From Thermoanaerobaculia bacterium (GTDB lineage: Bacteria; Acidobacteriota; Thermoanaerobaculia; Multivoradales; Multivoraceae): a stretch of 64,000 nt of DNA. Location of the stretch: the NCBI GenBank assembly GCA_022826745.1, contig JAJDUI010000006.1, forward strand, positions 71,015 through 135,014. The letters run 5' to 3'. Each line of letters begins with the position of its first letter. The first letter of the stretch is position 1. Below are positions 41,071 through 50,433 of the stretch, piece by piece. Below the pieces are notes generated by a model that saw nothing but the letters and a program-made list of their open reading frames with translations, had not been told where the DNA came from and made no database searches. The translations under genes and the position numbers were made by a program.

Positions 41071-43245
41071 TCAGGGCGCTTCGCCGGCCGCCGCGGCCTG
41101 CTCGTCGGCGAGCAGGTTGCGGCGGTGGAGCACATACGCCTTGAGCAGGGCGACGTCGTCGCGGTCGAGGACGGGCGCGAAGCTGGGCATCCCGACGTCG
41201 ACTAGCGCACCCTCGAGCAGGGCGGCTTCGTAGGAGTCGAAGACCCGTTGCGACGACTGCCGGAGGTCCGGCGTGACGCCGCCGGAAACCGCACCGTAGC
41301 CGTGGCAGACCAGGCAGTACTGGTTGAACAGGCGGCGGCCGGCGTCGATGTCTTCCGTCGAGGCGCCGTGGTCGACGCGCGTGACCCGGCTCTCGCGGCG
41401 CTCCTGGCGCTCGATCGCCCGGCCGGTGGCGCCCAGCGCGTACACGACGATCCGGCCCTCGGACTCGACCGCCTGCCGGGCGGAACGGCTGCCGACGATG
41501 CCGAAGGCGCCGCCCCAGCCGGACATGACGGCGATGTACTGGGTGCCGCCGCTCTCGAAGGTGATCGGCGGCGCGATGACGCCGCTGCCGGTGTAGCTCT
41601 CCCAGAGCTTCTCGCCGTCGTCGGCGCGGTAGGCCGTCAACTGGCCGAAGGGCGTGCCCTGAAAGACGAGGTTGCCGGCGGTGGCGAGCGTGCCGCCTGA
41701 CCAGGGCATCGTGTACTGCGCGCGCCAGACTTCGCGCTGGGCGACCGGGTCCCAGGCCAGCAGGTGGCCCGAGAGCAGGGCCGGCGGCGCGTCCTCGGCC
41801 AGCAGTTGGCCGGAGAGGCCGGTCGCGTCGACAATCGCCTGGGGGATGTCCTCGGGCGCGGCCGCGCGAATGCCCAGGTTCCACTGGCCCGGGGTGTATT
41901 CGTAGTTCGGATCCGGGACGTAGAAGTTCCCCATCTCCATCGCCGGGATGTAGACGAGTCCGGTCTTCGGGCTGAACGCCATCGGATGCCAGTTGTGGCC
42001 GCCGAGCGGCCCCGGCATCACGTTGACCGTCTGGTCGGTGTAGCGGGCGCCGGCGAGCTCGACGGGCCGGCCGGTCGCGAGGTCGACGTGACTGGCCCAG
42101 GTCACGGTGACGAACTCCTCGGCCGAGATCAGTTCGCCGGTGCGGCGGTCGAGGACGTAGAAGAAGCCGTTCTTCGGCGCCTGCATGAGGACCTGGCGGA
42201 CCTGGCCGCCGATCGGCAGCTCGGCGAGCATGATCGGCTGGGTGGCCGTGTAGTCCCAGGTGTCGCCGGGAGTCGTCTGGTAGTGCCAGACGTACTCGCC
42301 GGTGTCGGGGCGGAGCGCGACGATCGACGACAGGAACAGGTTGTCGCCGCCGCCGGGGCTCCGCAGGTTGCGGTCCCAGGGCGCGCCGTTGCCGACGCCG
42401 ATGTAGAGGAGGTCGAGTTCCGGGTCGTAGACGATCGAGTCCCAGACCGTGCCGCCGCCGCCTCCCGTCCACCACTCGCCGGTCCAGGTCTCGGCGGCCA
42501 TCCGCATCGCTTCGTTCTCGAAGCCGTCCGCCGGGTTGCCCGGCACGGTGTAGAAGCGCCAGGCGCGTTCGCCGGTTTCCGCGTCGTAGGCGTCGACGTA
42601 GCCGCGCACGCCATACTCGGCGCCGCTGTTGCCGATGATCACCTTGCCCTTCGCGATCCTCGGCGCGCCGGTGATCGTGTACATCGAGTCCTCGGGAACG
42701 GTCATCGTCGACCAGGCGAGTGCTCCGGTCTCGGCGTCGATGGCGATCAGCCGTCCGTCGAGGGTGGCGGAGATCACCTTGCCGCGGTAGAGCGCCGCGC
42801 CGCGGTTCACGGCGTCGCAGCAGGTCTTCATCGCGATGGAGCGCGGCACCTCCGGGTCGTAGGTCCAGAGCGGTTCGCCGGTGACGGCGTCCATCGCGTA
42901 GATCACGTTCCAGGCGCCGGTCGCGTACATCACGCCGTCGACGATCAGCGGCGTGGCTTCGAGGCCCCGCTTCGTGTTCGTCTCCTGGACCCAGGCAATG
43001 CCGAGCTGATCGACGTTGCCGTCGTTGACTTGGTCCAGCACGCTGTAGCGCTGTTCCTTGTAGGTGCCGCCGTAGGTCAGCCAGTCGCCCGTGCGGCCCG
43101 CGGCGCCGACCAGCGCGGCGTCGTCGACTCCGTACGCGGCCTCGGCGCGGCGGGGCTGCTGCTGGGACACGGCCGCGGTCGCGAGCAGCAACGCCGTTCC
43201 AGCGGCCAGGAGGGTGGACGAAGAGGCAGTGCGGGTCACCTTCAT
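41071..43245 (-). CDS. PQQ-dependent alcohol dehydrogenase, quinohaemoprotein type (number 2).
   Basis: Vicinal Cys (TCCD), GDTWDYT around the catalytic Asp, and a C-terminal cytochrome c domain with CLVCH are present. The signal peptide is MKVTRTASSSTLLAAGTALLLATAAVSQQ. There is an ATGA overlap with the upstream PQQ gene. Confidence 0.9.
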   Translation of the reverse strand: MKVTRTASSSTLLAAGTALLLATAAVSQQQPRRAEAAYGVDDAALVGAAGRTGDWLTYGGTYKEQRYSVLDQVNDGNVDQLGIAWVQETNTKRGLEATPLIVDGVMYATGAWNVIYAMDAVTGEPLWTYDPEVPRSIAMKTCCDAVNRGAALYRGKVISATLDGRLIAIDAETGALAWSTMTVPEDSMYTITGAPRIAKGKVIIGNSGAEYGVRGYVDAYDAETGERAWRFYTVPGNPADGFENEAMRMAAETWTGEWWTGGGGGTVWDSIVYDPELDLLYIGVGNGAPWDRNLRSPGGGDNLFLSSIVALRPDTGEYVWHYQTTPGDTWDYTATQPIMLAELPIGGQVRQVLMQAPKNGFFYVLDRRTGELISAEEFVTVTWASHVDLATGRPVELAGARYTDQTVNVMPGPLGGHNWHPMAFSPKTGLVYIPAMEMGNFYVPDPNYEYTPGQWNLGIRAAAPEDIPQAIVDATGLSGQLLAEDAPPALLSGHLLAWDPVAQREVWRAQYTMPWSGGTLATAGNLVFQGTPFGQLTAYRADDGEKLWESYTGSGVIAPPITFESGGTQYIAVMSGWGGAFGIVGSRSARQAVESEGRIVVYALGATGRAIERQERRESRVTRVDHGASTEDIDAGRRLFNQYCLVCHGYGAVSGGVTPDLRQSSQRVFDSYEAALLEGALVDVGMPSFAPVLDRDDVALLKAYVLHRRNLLADEQAAAAGEAP

Positions 43246-45273
43246 GGCTTGGGTTCCTCTCGAGGCAGGGCCAGGGCGACGAGTTCGGGCGAGGAACCTC
43301 CGCCGCCGATGCCGAATCGGCCACCGCCGGTGGCCACGGCCAGATACTGCCGGCCGTCGTGTTCATAGGTGATGAGGTTCGAGTTCGGGGTGCCGGGAAG
43401 TTCGATGCCGCCCAGGTACTCGCCGGTCTCCTTGTCGTAGACGCTGATCTCCGGCGGCACGTCGGGCTCTTCGGCCCCGGGATCGCCGGAGCGCTCCGGG
43501 GCCGCGGTGACGAACAGCAGGGTGGACGTGACCAGGGGCGCGGCGGTGTGGTTGACCTGGCCGAGCCGGTCGAGTTCCAGGTGGGCGATCGCGGGGTGCT
43601 TCACCGGCCCCACGCCGTGGGGGACCATCCACAGGTGATCGCCGGTGGAGAGGTCGATTGCCGTGATCCGGCCGTAGGGCGGCTTGACCAGGGGCAGACC
43701 GCGGGGTCCCTCGACGGTCTGATACCAGCGGTTGGGCGAGAACCTCAGGTTGGAGCGGTTCGGATCGGGCCGGGACAGGGAGACGCTTGCCGGACGGGTG
43801 TGAGAGATCACGTAGAGCACGCCGGCTTCCGGATCGACGGCGGCGCCGGTCCAGTTCGCGCCGCCGCCGTCCGACGGCAACTGGATCGTCGGCTTGCCGG
43901 CGCCCTCGATTCTCGGCGGGGTGTACAGCGGCACGAGGTCGTAGTCCTCGACGATGTCCAGTGCCTCGGCCCGGAGTTCGGGCGTCCAGTCGATCAGGTC
44001 GTCCCTGGTGATGCCCTGGCGGTCGAACGCCGCCGGCCGGGTCGGGAACGGCTGGGTGGCCGCGGCCCGCTCGCCGGGCACATCGCTCTCGGGAACCTCG
44101 CGCTCCTCGATCGGCCACACGGGTTTGCCGGTTTTCCGGTCGAAGACGAAGGCGAAGGCCTGCTTCGTGACCTGGACGACGCCCTCGATCCGCCGGCCGT
44201 CGACCGTCGCCTCGAACAGGTTCGGGGCGGTGGGCGGGTCGTAGTCCCACAGGCCGTGGTGGACGAACTGGTAGTGCCAGCGGCGTTCACCGGTCTCGCA
44301 GTCGACCGCGACGATGCTCTCTGCATACAGGTTGTCGCCGAGCCGGTGGCCTCCGTAGAGGTCGTTGGTCGGCGTGCCGACCGGCAGGTACGCGGTGCCG
44401 GCCTCCTCGTCGACCGCGATCATCGACCACACGTTCGTGTTGCCGCTGTAGCGCCAGGATTCCTCCTCCCAGGTCTCGACTCCGAGCTCGTCGTTCTGAG
44501 GAATCGTGTGGAAGACCCAGGCCAGATCACCGGTCGGGATGTCGTAGGCGCGGACGAAGCCGGGCGGCGCCTCCTTGTGGGTCGCGAAGTCGGCGACGAT
44601 GGAGCCGACGATCACCGTGTTGCCGCAGACCGCGGGCGGCGAACTGTGGGTCGTCAACCTCTCCATCACCTCACGCCCGAGGTGCGGCGTCATCTCGACC
44701 GAGCCGCCGTCGCCGAAGCCGGGGTCCGGTTTTCCCGTAGCGGCGTCGATCGAGACGAGCCGGCGGTCGTGGGTGGGGATCAGCACCCGCTCGCGCTCGC
44801 CGTCCGTCCAGTACGCCACGCCGCGGTGGTGGAAGCCGAGGTTCGCGGGCCGGCCGGCGCGCCAGCTCTCCGGATCCCAGGCCCAGAGCGTCTCGCCGCT
44901 CGCGGCGTCGATCGCGGCGACCTGGCTGAGTGACGTGGAGACGTAGATGCGGCCGCCGACCTTGAGCGGAATCGCCTTGAACTGACCGCGCCGCACGCTG
45001 CTCGGCACTTCGGTGTCCGCGGCGACCGACCGCCAGCGCCAGGCGATCTCCACCTCCTGGAAGTTGTCGCGGTCGATCTGGTCGAGCGTCGAGTACTTGC
45101 GGTTGCCGGGATCGCCGCCGAAGGCGGGCCAGTCGCCGGAGGCTCCGGTCTGGGCCGTCAGCGGAGAACTCGCGAGGGAGGCGGCGAGGGCCGCCACGGC
45201 CACGGCGAGGCTGGAACGGGTGCTCAGGACAGCAGCCCGATCAGCCGGGCGTAGACCGAGACGCCGGTCCACA
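43242..45273 (-). CDS. Soluble PQQ-dependent dehydrogenase of the glucose/quinate/shikimate-dehydrogenase-like family, with a signal peptide instead of a membrane anchor.
   Basis: Beta-propeller W-motifs are present, with no vicinal Cys pair, and HHGLWDYDPP around the putative catalytic Asp as in mGDH (HHDLWDMD). The start is uncertain: a GTG at about 45273 gives MDRRLGLRPADRAAVLSTRSSLAVAVAALAASLASSPLTAQT. The track N-terminus out to 45677 overlaps the upstream membrane-protein gene and was rejected. Confidence 0.7.
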
Positions 45274-45697
45274 TGCCGATCGAGAGAAAGCCGACGACCT
45301 TCGGCCAGTGTCCGAGCGATCCTTCCTCGGCGAAGGCGACCCGGCGGCGGATCGTGAAGTTGAAGAGGAGCCCGATGATGACGATCTGCATCTTCCACCA
45401 GAAGAACGGGCTGTAGTACTGCTTGAGCGCCGTCGACAGAACCTGGGGCGCGCCGGTCACGAACAGGGCGACGAAGCTCCAGATCATCCAGCGGTCCATC
45501 TCGCGGGCGAGCTGGTTGAGCGGCGTCTTGATCAGGCCGCGGCCGAGCAGCCGCATGTCGACCACCAGGACGGCGCCGGCGAACGCCACCAGCGCGACCA
45601 GGTGGGCGCACTGGATGATCGGCGACGCCCAGGTTTCCTCCAGCATCCAGGCGCTGAACGGAAGGCCCTGCATCCACTGGAAGAAGGACTGCAGCAT
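45224..45697 (-). CDS. 4-TM integral membrane protein with His residues in TM1 and TM4, paralogous to the gene immediately upstream.
   Basis: The shared pattern is IQCAHLVALVAFAG...DMRLLGRGL here versus TIHVVSMCLFAGL...DMRLVGLTL in its neighbour. Both are of similar length and topology. It is 22 nt from the paralog. Confidence 0.6.
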   Translation of the reverse strand: MLQSFFQWMQGLPFSAWMLEETWASPIIQCAHLVALVAFAGAVLVVDMRLLGRGLIKTPLNQLAREMDRWMIWSFVALFVTGAPQVLSTALKQYYSPFFWWKMQIVIIGLLFNFTIRRRVAFAEEGSLGHWPKVVGFLSIGMWTGVSVYARLIGLLS

Positions 45698-45719
45698 GGG
45701 ACGATCCTCCGCGGCCCCT

Positions 45720-46244
45720 TCAGGCGCCGATGTTCAGGTTGTTCCACCACTGGGGCATCAGGCCGCTGTAGGCCATCATCCGGCCGGTGACCACGACGGC
45801 TGCCCACAGCACCAGCGACACGACGCCGGCCAGCCGGGCGTTCATAGGGATCTCGCGACCCTGGTCCCAAGCCTGGACCGACTTGTAGGTCGCGTAGTGG
45901 AACCAGAACATGTTGATGCCGGCGATCAGCATCAGCACCATCTTGGCCCAGAAGTAGAAGTTGCCGTAGTAACGCATCGGCTGGCTGTAGAGCAGCAATG
46001 CCCCGGTGATCAGGTTGATGCCGTAGCCGGTCAGCGCCCAGGGGAAGAGACGGGTCGGGATGTTGGAGACGGGCACCTTCCTGAGCGTCAGCCCGACGAG
46101 CCGCATGTCCCAGTAGGCGATCAGGCCGGCGAACAGGCACATGCTGACGACATGGATCGTCAGCATCGTTGGGTAGGCGTTCAGCGACTCCCTGAGCGCA
46201 ATGCTGCTGGGAAGCGCATCGACCCACTCGAAGAGGCTACGCAT
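45720..46244 (-). CDS. 4-TM integral membrane protein with His residues, paralog of 45224..45697.
   Basis: See the paralog. It lies 60 nt downstream of the class II cytochrome c gene. Confidence 0.6.
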   Translation of the reverse strand: MRSLFEWVDALPSSIALRESLNAYPTMLTIHVVSMCLFAGLIAYWDMRLVGLTLRKVPVSNIPTRLFPWALTGYGINLITGALLLYSQPMRYYGNFYFWAKMVLMLIAGINMFWFHYATYKSVQAWDQGREIPMNARLAGVVSLVLWAAVVVTGRMMAYSGLMPQWWNNLNIGA

Positions 46245-46304
46245 GGGTGTCGAATGCCTGCTTGGCTGCCAGTGGATTGCGGGCCCGCGGGCGCCCGGTC
46301 GGCA

Positions 46305-46838
46305 TCACCTGCGGCAGCGGTCCTGGTACTTCCGGTAGACCGCGTGGCAGTCCTCGCAGGCGCCGGCCAGGTTGTTCGTCAGATCGCTGACCTTCTCCTG
46401 GTCCTCTTCGTGGGCCGCGGCATAGATCTGCCTGGCGACCTCGGTCAACTGCCTGGCCCACTTCTGGTAGTCCTCGTTGGCGACCGGAGCATCCCTGCCG
46501 TTCTCGCACTTGCGGGCGGCGTCCATGATCAGGGGCTCGACCTCGGCCAGGGCGAGCGCGGCCTGCTGCGGCACCTGCCAGCCGGTGTAGATGCCGGAGA
46601 AGAGGGCCGACGCCGAGCGGTCGTCCTCGCTGCCTGGCTCGGGCGGCGTACCGGGGTCCGTCACCTGGACATCGAACAGGAAGTTGGAGTTCGGGAACAG
46701 GATGGCGCGCATCAGCTCGGCGAGGTTGCCGACCGGCTCCTCGTCCTCTGAGGCGGCGACGGGCGGCGGCGCAAGTGAAATGCAGGCCGCGAGGACCAGG
46801 GCCGCGGCCAAGACGGGCGCCAGTTTGTTCAAGCGCAT
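46305..46838 (-). CDS. Class II c-type cytochrome (cytochrome c'-like, haem site near the C-terminus), lipoprotein-type signal.
   Basis: The signal MRLNKLAPVLAAALVLAAC is present. A single CEDCH (CxxCH) motif lies about 15 aa from the C-terminus of a predominantly helical protein of about 155 aa. Confidence 0.55.
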   Translation of the reverse strand: MRLNKLAPVLAAALVLAACISLAPPPVAASEDEEPVGNLAELMRAILFPNSNFLFDVQVTDPGTPPEPGSEDDRSASALFSGIYTGWQVPQQAALALAEVEPLIMDAARKCENGRDAPVANEDYQKWARQLTEVARQIYAAAHEEDQEKVSDLTNNLAGACEDCHAVYRKYQDRCRR

Positions 46839-46958
46839 CTGCAGGATCTCCTTCCCTCTGTTGGAGAACGAACGTGTTCAGTTTGGCAGCGCGAACGCGG
46901 GCCGAGAGTGTAACTCAGAACGGGGCCGGCCCGTGGGCCTCCGGGGAGGTCCGCGGCG

Positions 46959-47462
46959 CTAGTCGTCCGATGCCTCTCCATCGGGGTTCGGGACGAGTTC
47001 GGCGGTTGTCGTCGTGGCGATCAGCCATTGCATGTCGAGCCCCGCGGTGCGGTGAACTGCGAACTCCGCTACGCGGGGATCGCCGGCGATGCGGAGGAAC
47101 TCGGCTCGCGAGGGGTACTCCATCAGGGCGATGGTGTGGAAGTACTCGTCCGTGTCGCCGATGACCATCGAGTCGACCCGGCCGGACCAGATCAGCCGGG
47201 CGCCCTGGGAGGTGACCCACCGGACCATCTGGGCGCCGTACCTCCCGTAGGCCTCTTCGCCCGTGAGGCCCTCGTCGGGGGCGTCGGCTTCCTTCTTGAA
47301 CCGCAGCAGGTTGACCATGACGACCGGCGTGTCGGCCGGCCCCTTCAGCATCTCCTCGATCTGTTCGGGTTCGGGTGCGATCTGGCCCATGGCGGCGCCT
47401 CCGGTGGCCAGGACGGCCACGGTGAAGAAAGTGAACGTAGCGGCGGAAAGGGGGCGGATCAT
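46959..47462 (-). CDS. DUF1330-family protein with a signal peptide.
   Basis: The segment PVVMVNLLRF...YGRYGAQMVRWVTSQGARLIWSGRVDSMV...IALMEYPSRAEFLRIAGDP resembles DUF1330. Confidence 0.5.
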   Translation of the reverse strand: MIRPLSAATFTFFTVAVLATGGAAMGQIAPEPEQIEEMLKGPADTPVVMVNLLRFKKEADAPDEGLTGEEAYGRYGAQMVRWVTSQGARLIWSGRVDSMVIGDTDEYFHTIALMEYPSRAEFLRIAGDPRVAEFAVHRTAGLDMQWLIATTTTAELVPNPDGEASDD

Positions 47463-47486
47463 GACAGGCTCCTTTCGGGTGGAACG

Positions 47487-48779
47487 TCAGGCGGGCGAAC
47501 GCACCGCCATGGGCTGGAACTTCATGTAGGTGAGCGACCGCCACAGCCACTCGAGCGGTCCGAAGCGGAAGCGGGCGAGCCACCAGGGCGACCAGAGCAA
47601 CTGGAGCACCCAGATCGCGACCACGATCACGAGCTGGCTGAGGCGATCGACGCGCTCGTACAGGCCGAGGCCGTGGCCGTAGAAGATCAGGGTGCAGATC
47701 ACGCTCTGGCTGATGTAGTTCGTGAAGGCCATCCGTCCCGCCGCCGTCAGCCGTCGCTGGAGGCCCGGCAGCCAGCCGTTCTGGACCGCCAGCATGACGA
47801 GGGCGATGTAGCCGAGGAAGACGCCGAGCGAGCCGACGTAGTTGAAGGTCTGGCCCTGGAACTGCGAGTGTTCGAACGCGAAGTCGTGGTGCGTGTTGTA
47901 GATGACGCCTGCGATGATGATCGGCATCCCGAGTCCGAATCCCGCGAACGCCATTCGCCGGTAGAACTCGGATGATCGTTTCGCGGACAGCACGCCGAGC
48001 TTGTAGAGCCCCATGCCGACCAGCATCAGGCCGCCGGAGCGCCACAGGAAGACGAGCAGGAAGACGCTCGTTTCGAGCGCGATGGCCGCCGGGACGCGCT
48101 GAGCCATCTGGCCGAGCCAGCTCGACTGGTAGGCCGCCGTCTCGGCTTCCGCCGCCGCCGCCGCCGGCGCCCAGCCCTGCTGCATTGCGGCATCTACCTC
48201 CGGGGGCCAGTACTGCATCGACCACGCAGTGAACAGGAAGATGAGCGGCGTGACGGCGGTCATGGCGAAGCCCGCGATCAGGAGCTTCTTCGGTTTCAGG
48301 TTGCGCAGGCTGTACAGGATGAAGCCGCACAAGGCGTACGGCACCAGGATGTCCCCGTACCAGATCAGGTGGGCGTGGGCGAGGCCGAGTACCAGCAGCC
48401 AGAACTGCCGCCGGTAGTGGACGCCGGTAGCCGAGGCATTGCGGGCGGCCGCTCGTTCGGACATCAGCGCCATTCCGGCGCCGAAGAGCGTCGAGAAGAT
48501 CGACATGAACTTCGTGTCGAAGAACACATGCGTGAAGAGCCAGGCCGCGAAACCGATACCCACGCCCTTCTCGTTCGCCGCGGGATTGAAGTACGCCGCC
48601 GTGATCATCGAGTAGCTCTGCACGTTCATCGCCAGGATGCCGAGTACGGCGAAGCCGCGCAGAACGTCGAGCGCCGCGATGCGCTCGCCGGCGCGGACGG
48701 GCGCCGCCCTGGGTTGGGCGGCGGTTTCGGTGGGCGAATCGGTGGTCGTCACGGGGGCTTGCTCCTGCTGCTCCGTCAC
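47487..48779 (-). CDS. DUF418/YeiB-like membrane protein (acyltransferase_3-like fold).
   Basis: The ALDVLRGFAVLGILAMN signature is followed by about 10 TM helices. The GTG start at 48779 overlaps the upstream stop (GTGA). The track N-terminus is spurious. Confidence 0.65.
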   Translation of the reverse strand: MTEQQEQAPVTTTDSPTETAAQPRAAPVRAGERIAALDVLRGFAVLGILAMNVQSYSMITAAYFNPAANEKGVGIGFAAWLFTHVFFDTKFMSIFSTLFGAGMALMSERAAARNASATGVHYRRQFWLLVLGLAHAHLIWYGDILVPYALCGFILYSLRNLKPKKLLIAGFAMTAVTPLIFLFTAWSMQYWPPEVDAAMQQGWAPAAAAAEAETAAYQSSWLGQMAQRVPAAIALETSVFLLVFLWRSGGLMLVGMGLYKLGVLSAKRSSEFYRRMAFAGFGLGMPIIIAGVIYNTHHDFAFEHSQFQGQTFNYVGSLGVFLGYIALVMLAVQNGWLPGLQRRLTAAGRMAFTNYISQSVICTLIFYGHGLGLYERVDRLSQLVIVVAIWVLQLLWSPWWLARFRFGPLEWLWRSLTYMKFQPMAVRSPA

Positions 48780-49681
48780 TCGGCGAGAAACGCCCGAGTG
48801 ACGGCGACGAACTCGTCGAGCTGGTCGTGGTGGACCCAGTGGCCGGCGCCCTCGAAGTTGCGGAGCTCCGCGTTCTGGAACGCCTCGATGCGGCCGTCCT
48901 CGACCGGGTCGCTGGCCCAGCTCTCCGTGCCCCGCACGAGCAGGGTGGGGCAGGTGATCCGTCCCCAGATGCTCCGGAGTTCCTCCTCGTCGTAGCGGTA
49001 GGGCGGGAAGGAGCGGACGTAGTTGTCGAACTTCCAGGTGTAGGTGCCGTCCTCGTTGCGCGCCATGCCGTTGACGGTGAGGTGGCGCGCCTGCTCGGGG
49101 CTGAGGAAGCTGTTCACCTCCTGCATCCGCTCGGCAGCGGCGTCGAGTGACGGGTAGCGCCGCGGCTGCCGCCCCGCGAGCTTCTGCATGTTGCCGACCC
49201 AGCCCCGCATGCGCTCGTCGACCGCCGCGTTGACCCGATCGCTGAGGACGCGGGGAGGCGGCCCCATGCCTTCGATCGCCACCAGCTTGTGGACGTTCTC
49301 GGGATAGAAGCCGGTGTAGTGCAGCGCGATGTTCGCGCCCAGCGAGTGAGCGACGATGCGGACCGGAAAGCGATCGAGCGCCTCGAGCAACTGGGCGATA
49401 TCGAGGACGAAGTCCGTGATCGCGTACATGCCGCCGATCGCCCACTCGCTGTCGCCGTGGCCGCGCAGGTCCGGGGCCACGATGTGGTAGTCGCGCCGGA
49501 GCGCGTTCGCCACCCAGTCCCAGTTGTGCGCGTGGTCACGGCCGCCGTGGATCAGCACCAGGGGCGGTTTGTCGTCGTTGCCCCAGCTCAGGTAGTGGAG
49601 CCGCAGCCGCTGCGAAATGTAGAACTGCGAAGAGGGCCCGACGATGTCCCGGAAGGGGCTGTCCCTGAAGGCGGTGCTCAC
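48776..49681 (-). CDS. Alpha/beta hydrolase.
   Basis: LVLIHGGRDHAHNWDWV, HSLGANIALHY (G-x-S-x-G) and a C-terminal GHWVHHDQ are present. A GTG start at 49681 abuts the upstream gene's stop at 49678. Confidence 0.75.
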   Translation of the reverse strand: MSTAFRDSPFRDIVGPSSQFYISQRLRLHYLSWGNDDKPPLVLIHGGRDHAHNWDWVANALRRDYHIVAPDLRGHGDSEWAIGGMYAITDFVLDIAQLLEALDRFPVRIVAHSLGANIALHYTGFYPENVHKLVAIEGMGPPPRVLSDRVNAAVDERMRGWVGNMQKLAGRQPRRYPSLDAAAERMQEVNSFLSPEQARHLTVNGMARNEDGTYTWKFDNYVRSFPPYRYDEEELRSIWGRITCPTLLVRGTESWASDPVEDGRIEAFQNAELRNFEGAGHWVHHDQLDEFVAVTRAFLAE

Positions 49682-50289
49682 CGGTTGGCTTCGGGACGGG
49701 GAGGGTTGATCATGATGTGCGCTCCTGCGGTGCCGGGGGCCATCAGCCAGGGCGCGCCGGGAACCGGGCGGGTCGTCAGACCGGTCGATTCGGGCGTTGC
49801 GTAGGGGGTGTAGATCACCCACCGCAGGTAGGCGTCGTTCACCTCGCCGGTCGCGGCGTCGAAGCCGCTGCCGTGGAGTACGTACATGGTGCGCGGCTCC
49901 CGCGGCATCGGCAGCTTGCCTTCGGCGATCTCCCGTTCGCGCATGTCGATTCGTTCCTGGCCTTCGATGCCCTGGGCGAGCAGTTCGCGACCGCGGGCCA
50001 TGAAGGGCTCCAGCGACTCGTGGTAGCAGGCGACGCTCCATTGGGGAACGCCCGGCCTGGCGGCGAGGCAGACCAGGTCGTTGCTGCCGGCGCGGAGCTC
50101 GACGACCTTGCCGTCGTCGGCCCAGCCGAGAACGCGCGCTTCGTCCCGCCGGTCGTCGGGGGCGGCCTGAATCGCGGCTGCTAGCTGGGCCGCGGCGTCG
50201 GCCGGTTCCGAAGCCGCCGCAGGGGCCGCGAGTCCGGCGAGTACCAGAGCGCCCATGGTTGCTGCGAGAGTCGTCGTCCTGTTCTGCAC
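49678..50289 (-). CDS. Hypothetical secreted protein.
   Basis: A signal peptide MQNRTTTLAATMGALVLAGLAAPAAAS is present. There is no recognisable domain. It is the first gene of a long co-directional cluster. Confidence 0.45.
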   Translation of the reverse strand: MQNRTTTLAATMGALVLAGLAAPAAASEPADAAAQLAAAIQAAPDDRRDEARVLGWADDGKVVELRAGSNDLVCLAARPGVPQWSVACYHESLEPFMARGRELLAQGIEGQERIDMREREIAEGKLPMPREPRTMYVLHGSGFDAATGEVNDAYLRWVIYTPYATPESTGLTTRPVPGAPWLMAPGTAGAHIMINPPRPEANR

Positions 50290-50433
50290 CGCGTACCTCC
50301 TGTTGCGCCCGCCGTGTGCCGGCAGGGCGACGACAGCGTATCGCGGTGGGGTCCGCTATCCTGCGCCGTCTCCAAGGTCCATCGAGAGAAGAACCGGGCG
50401 GCCCGCCGGGCCGGATTCACAGGAGCCATCGCG

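Noticed and set aside
45274-45677. Track N-terminal extension of the PQQ-GDH-like protein (MDAGPSVQRLDAGG...RRGRIARTLAEG).
   Set aside because: It would overlap the upstream 4-TM gene by about 450 nt in another frame, and the sequence is R/P/G-rich. The real start is near the signal-peptide region. My choice of GTG at about 45273 is uncertain.
45720-46244. Calling the paralogous membrane proteins cytochrome b561 (CybB).
   Set aside because: There is only weak local resemblance in TM1, and the CybB four-His pattern is not reproduced.
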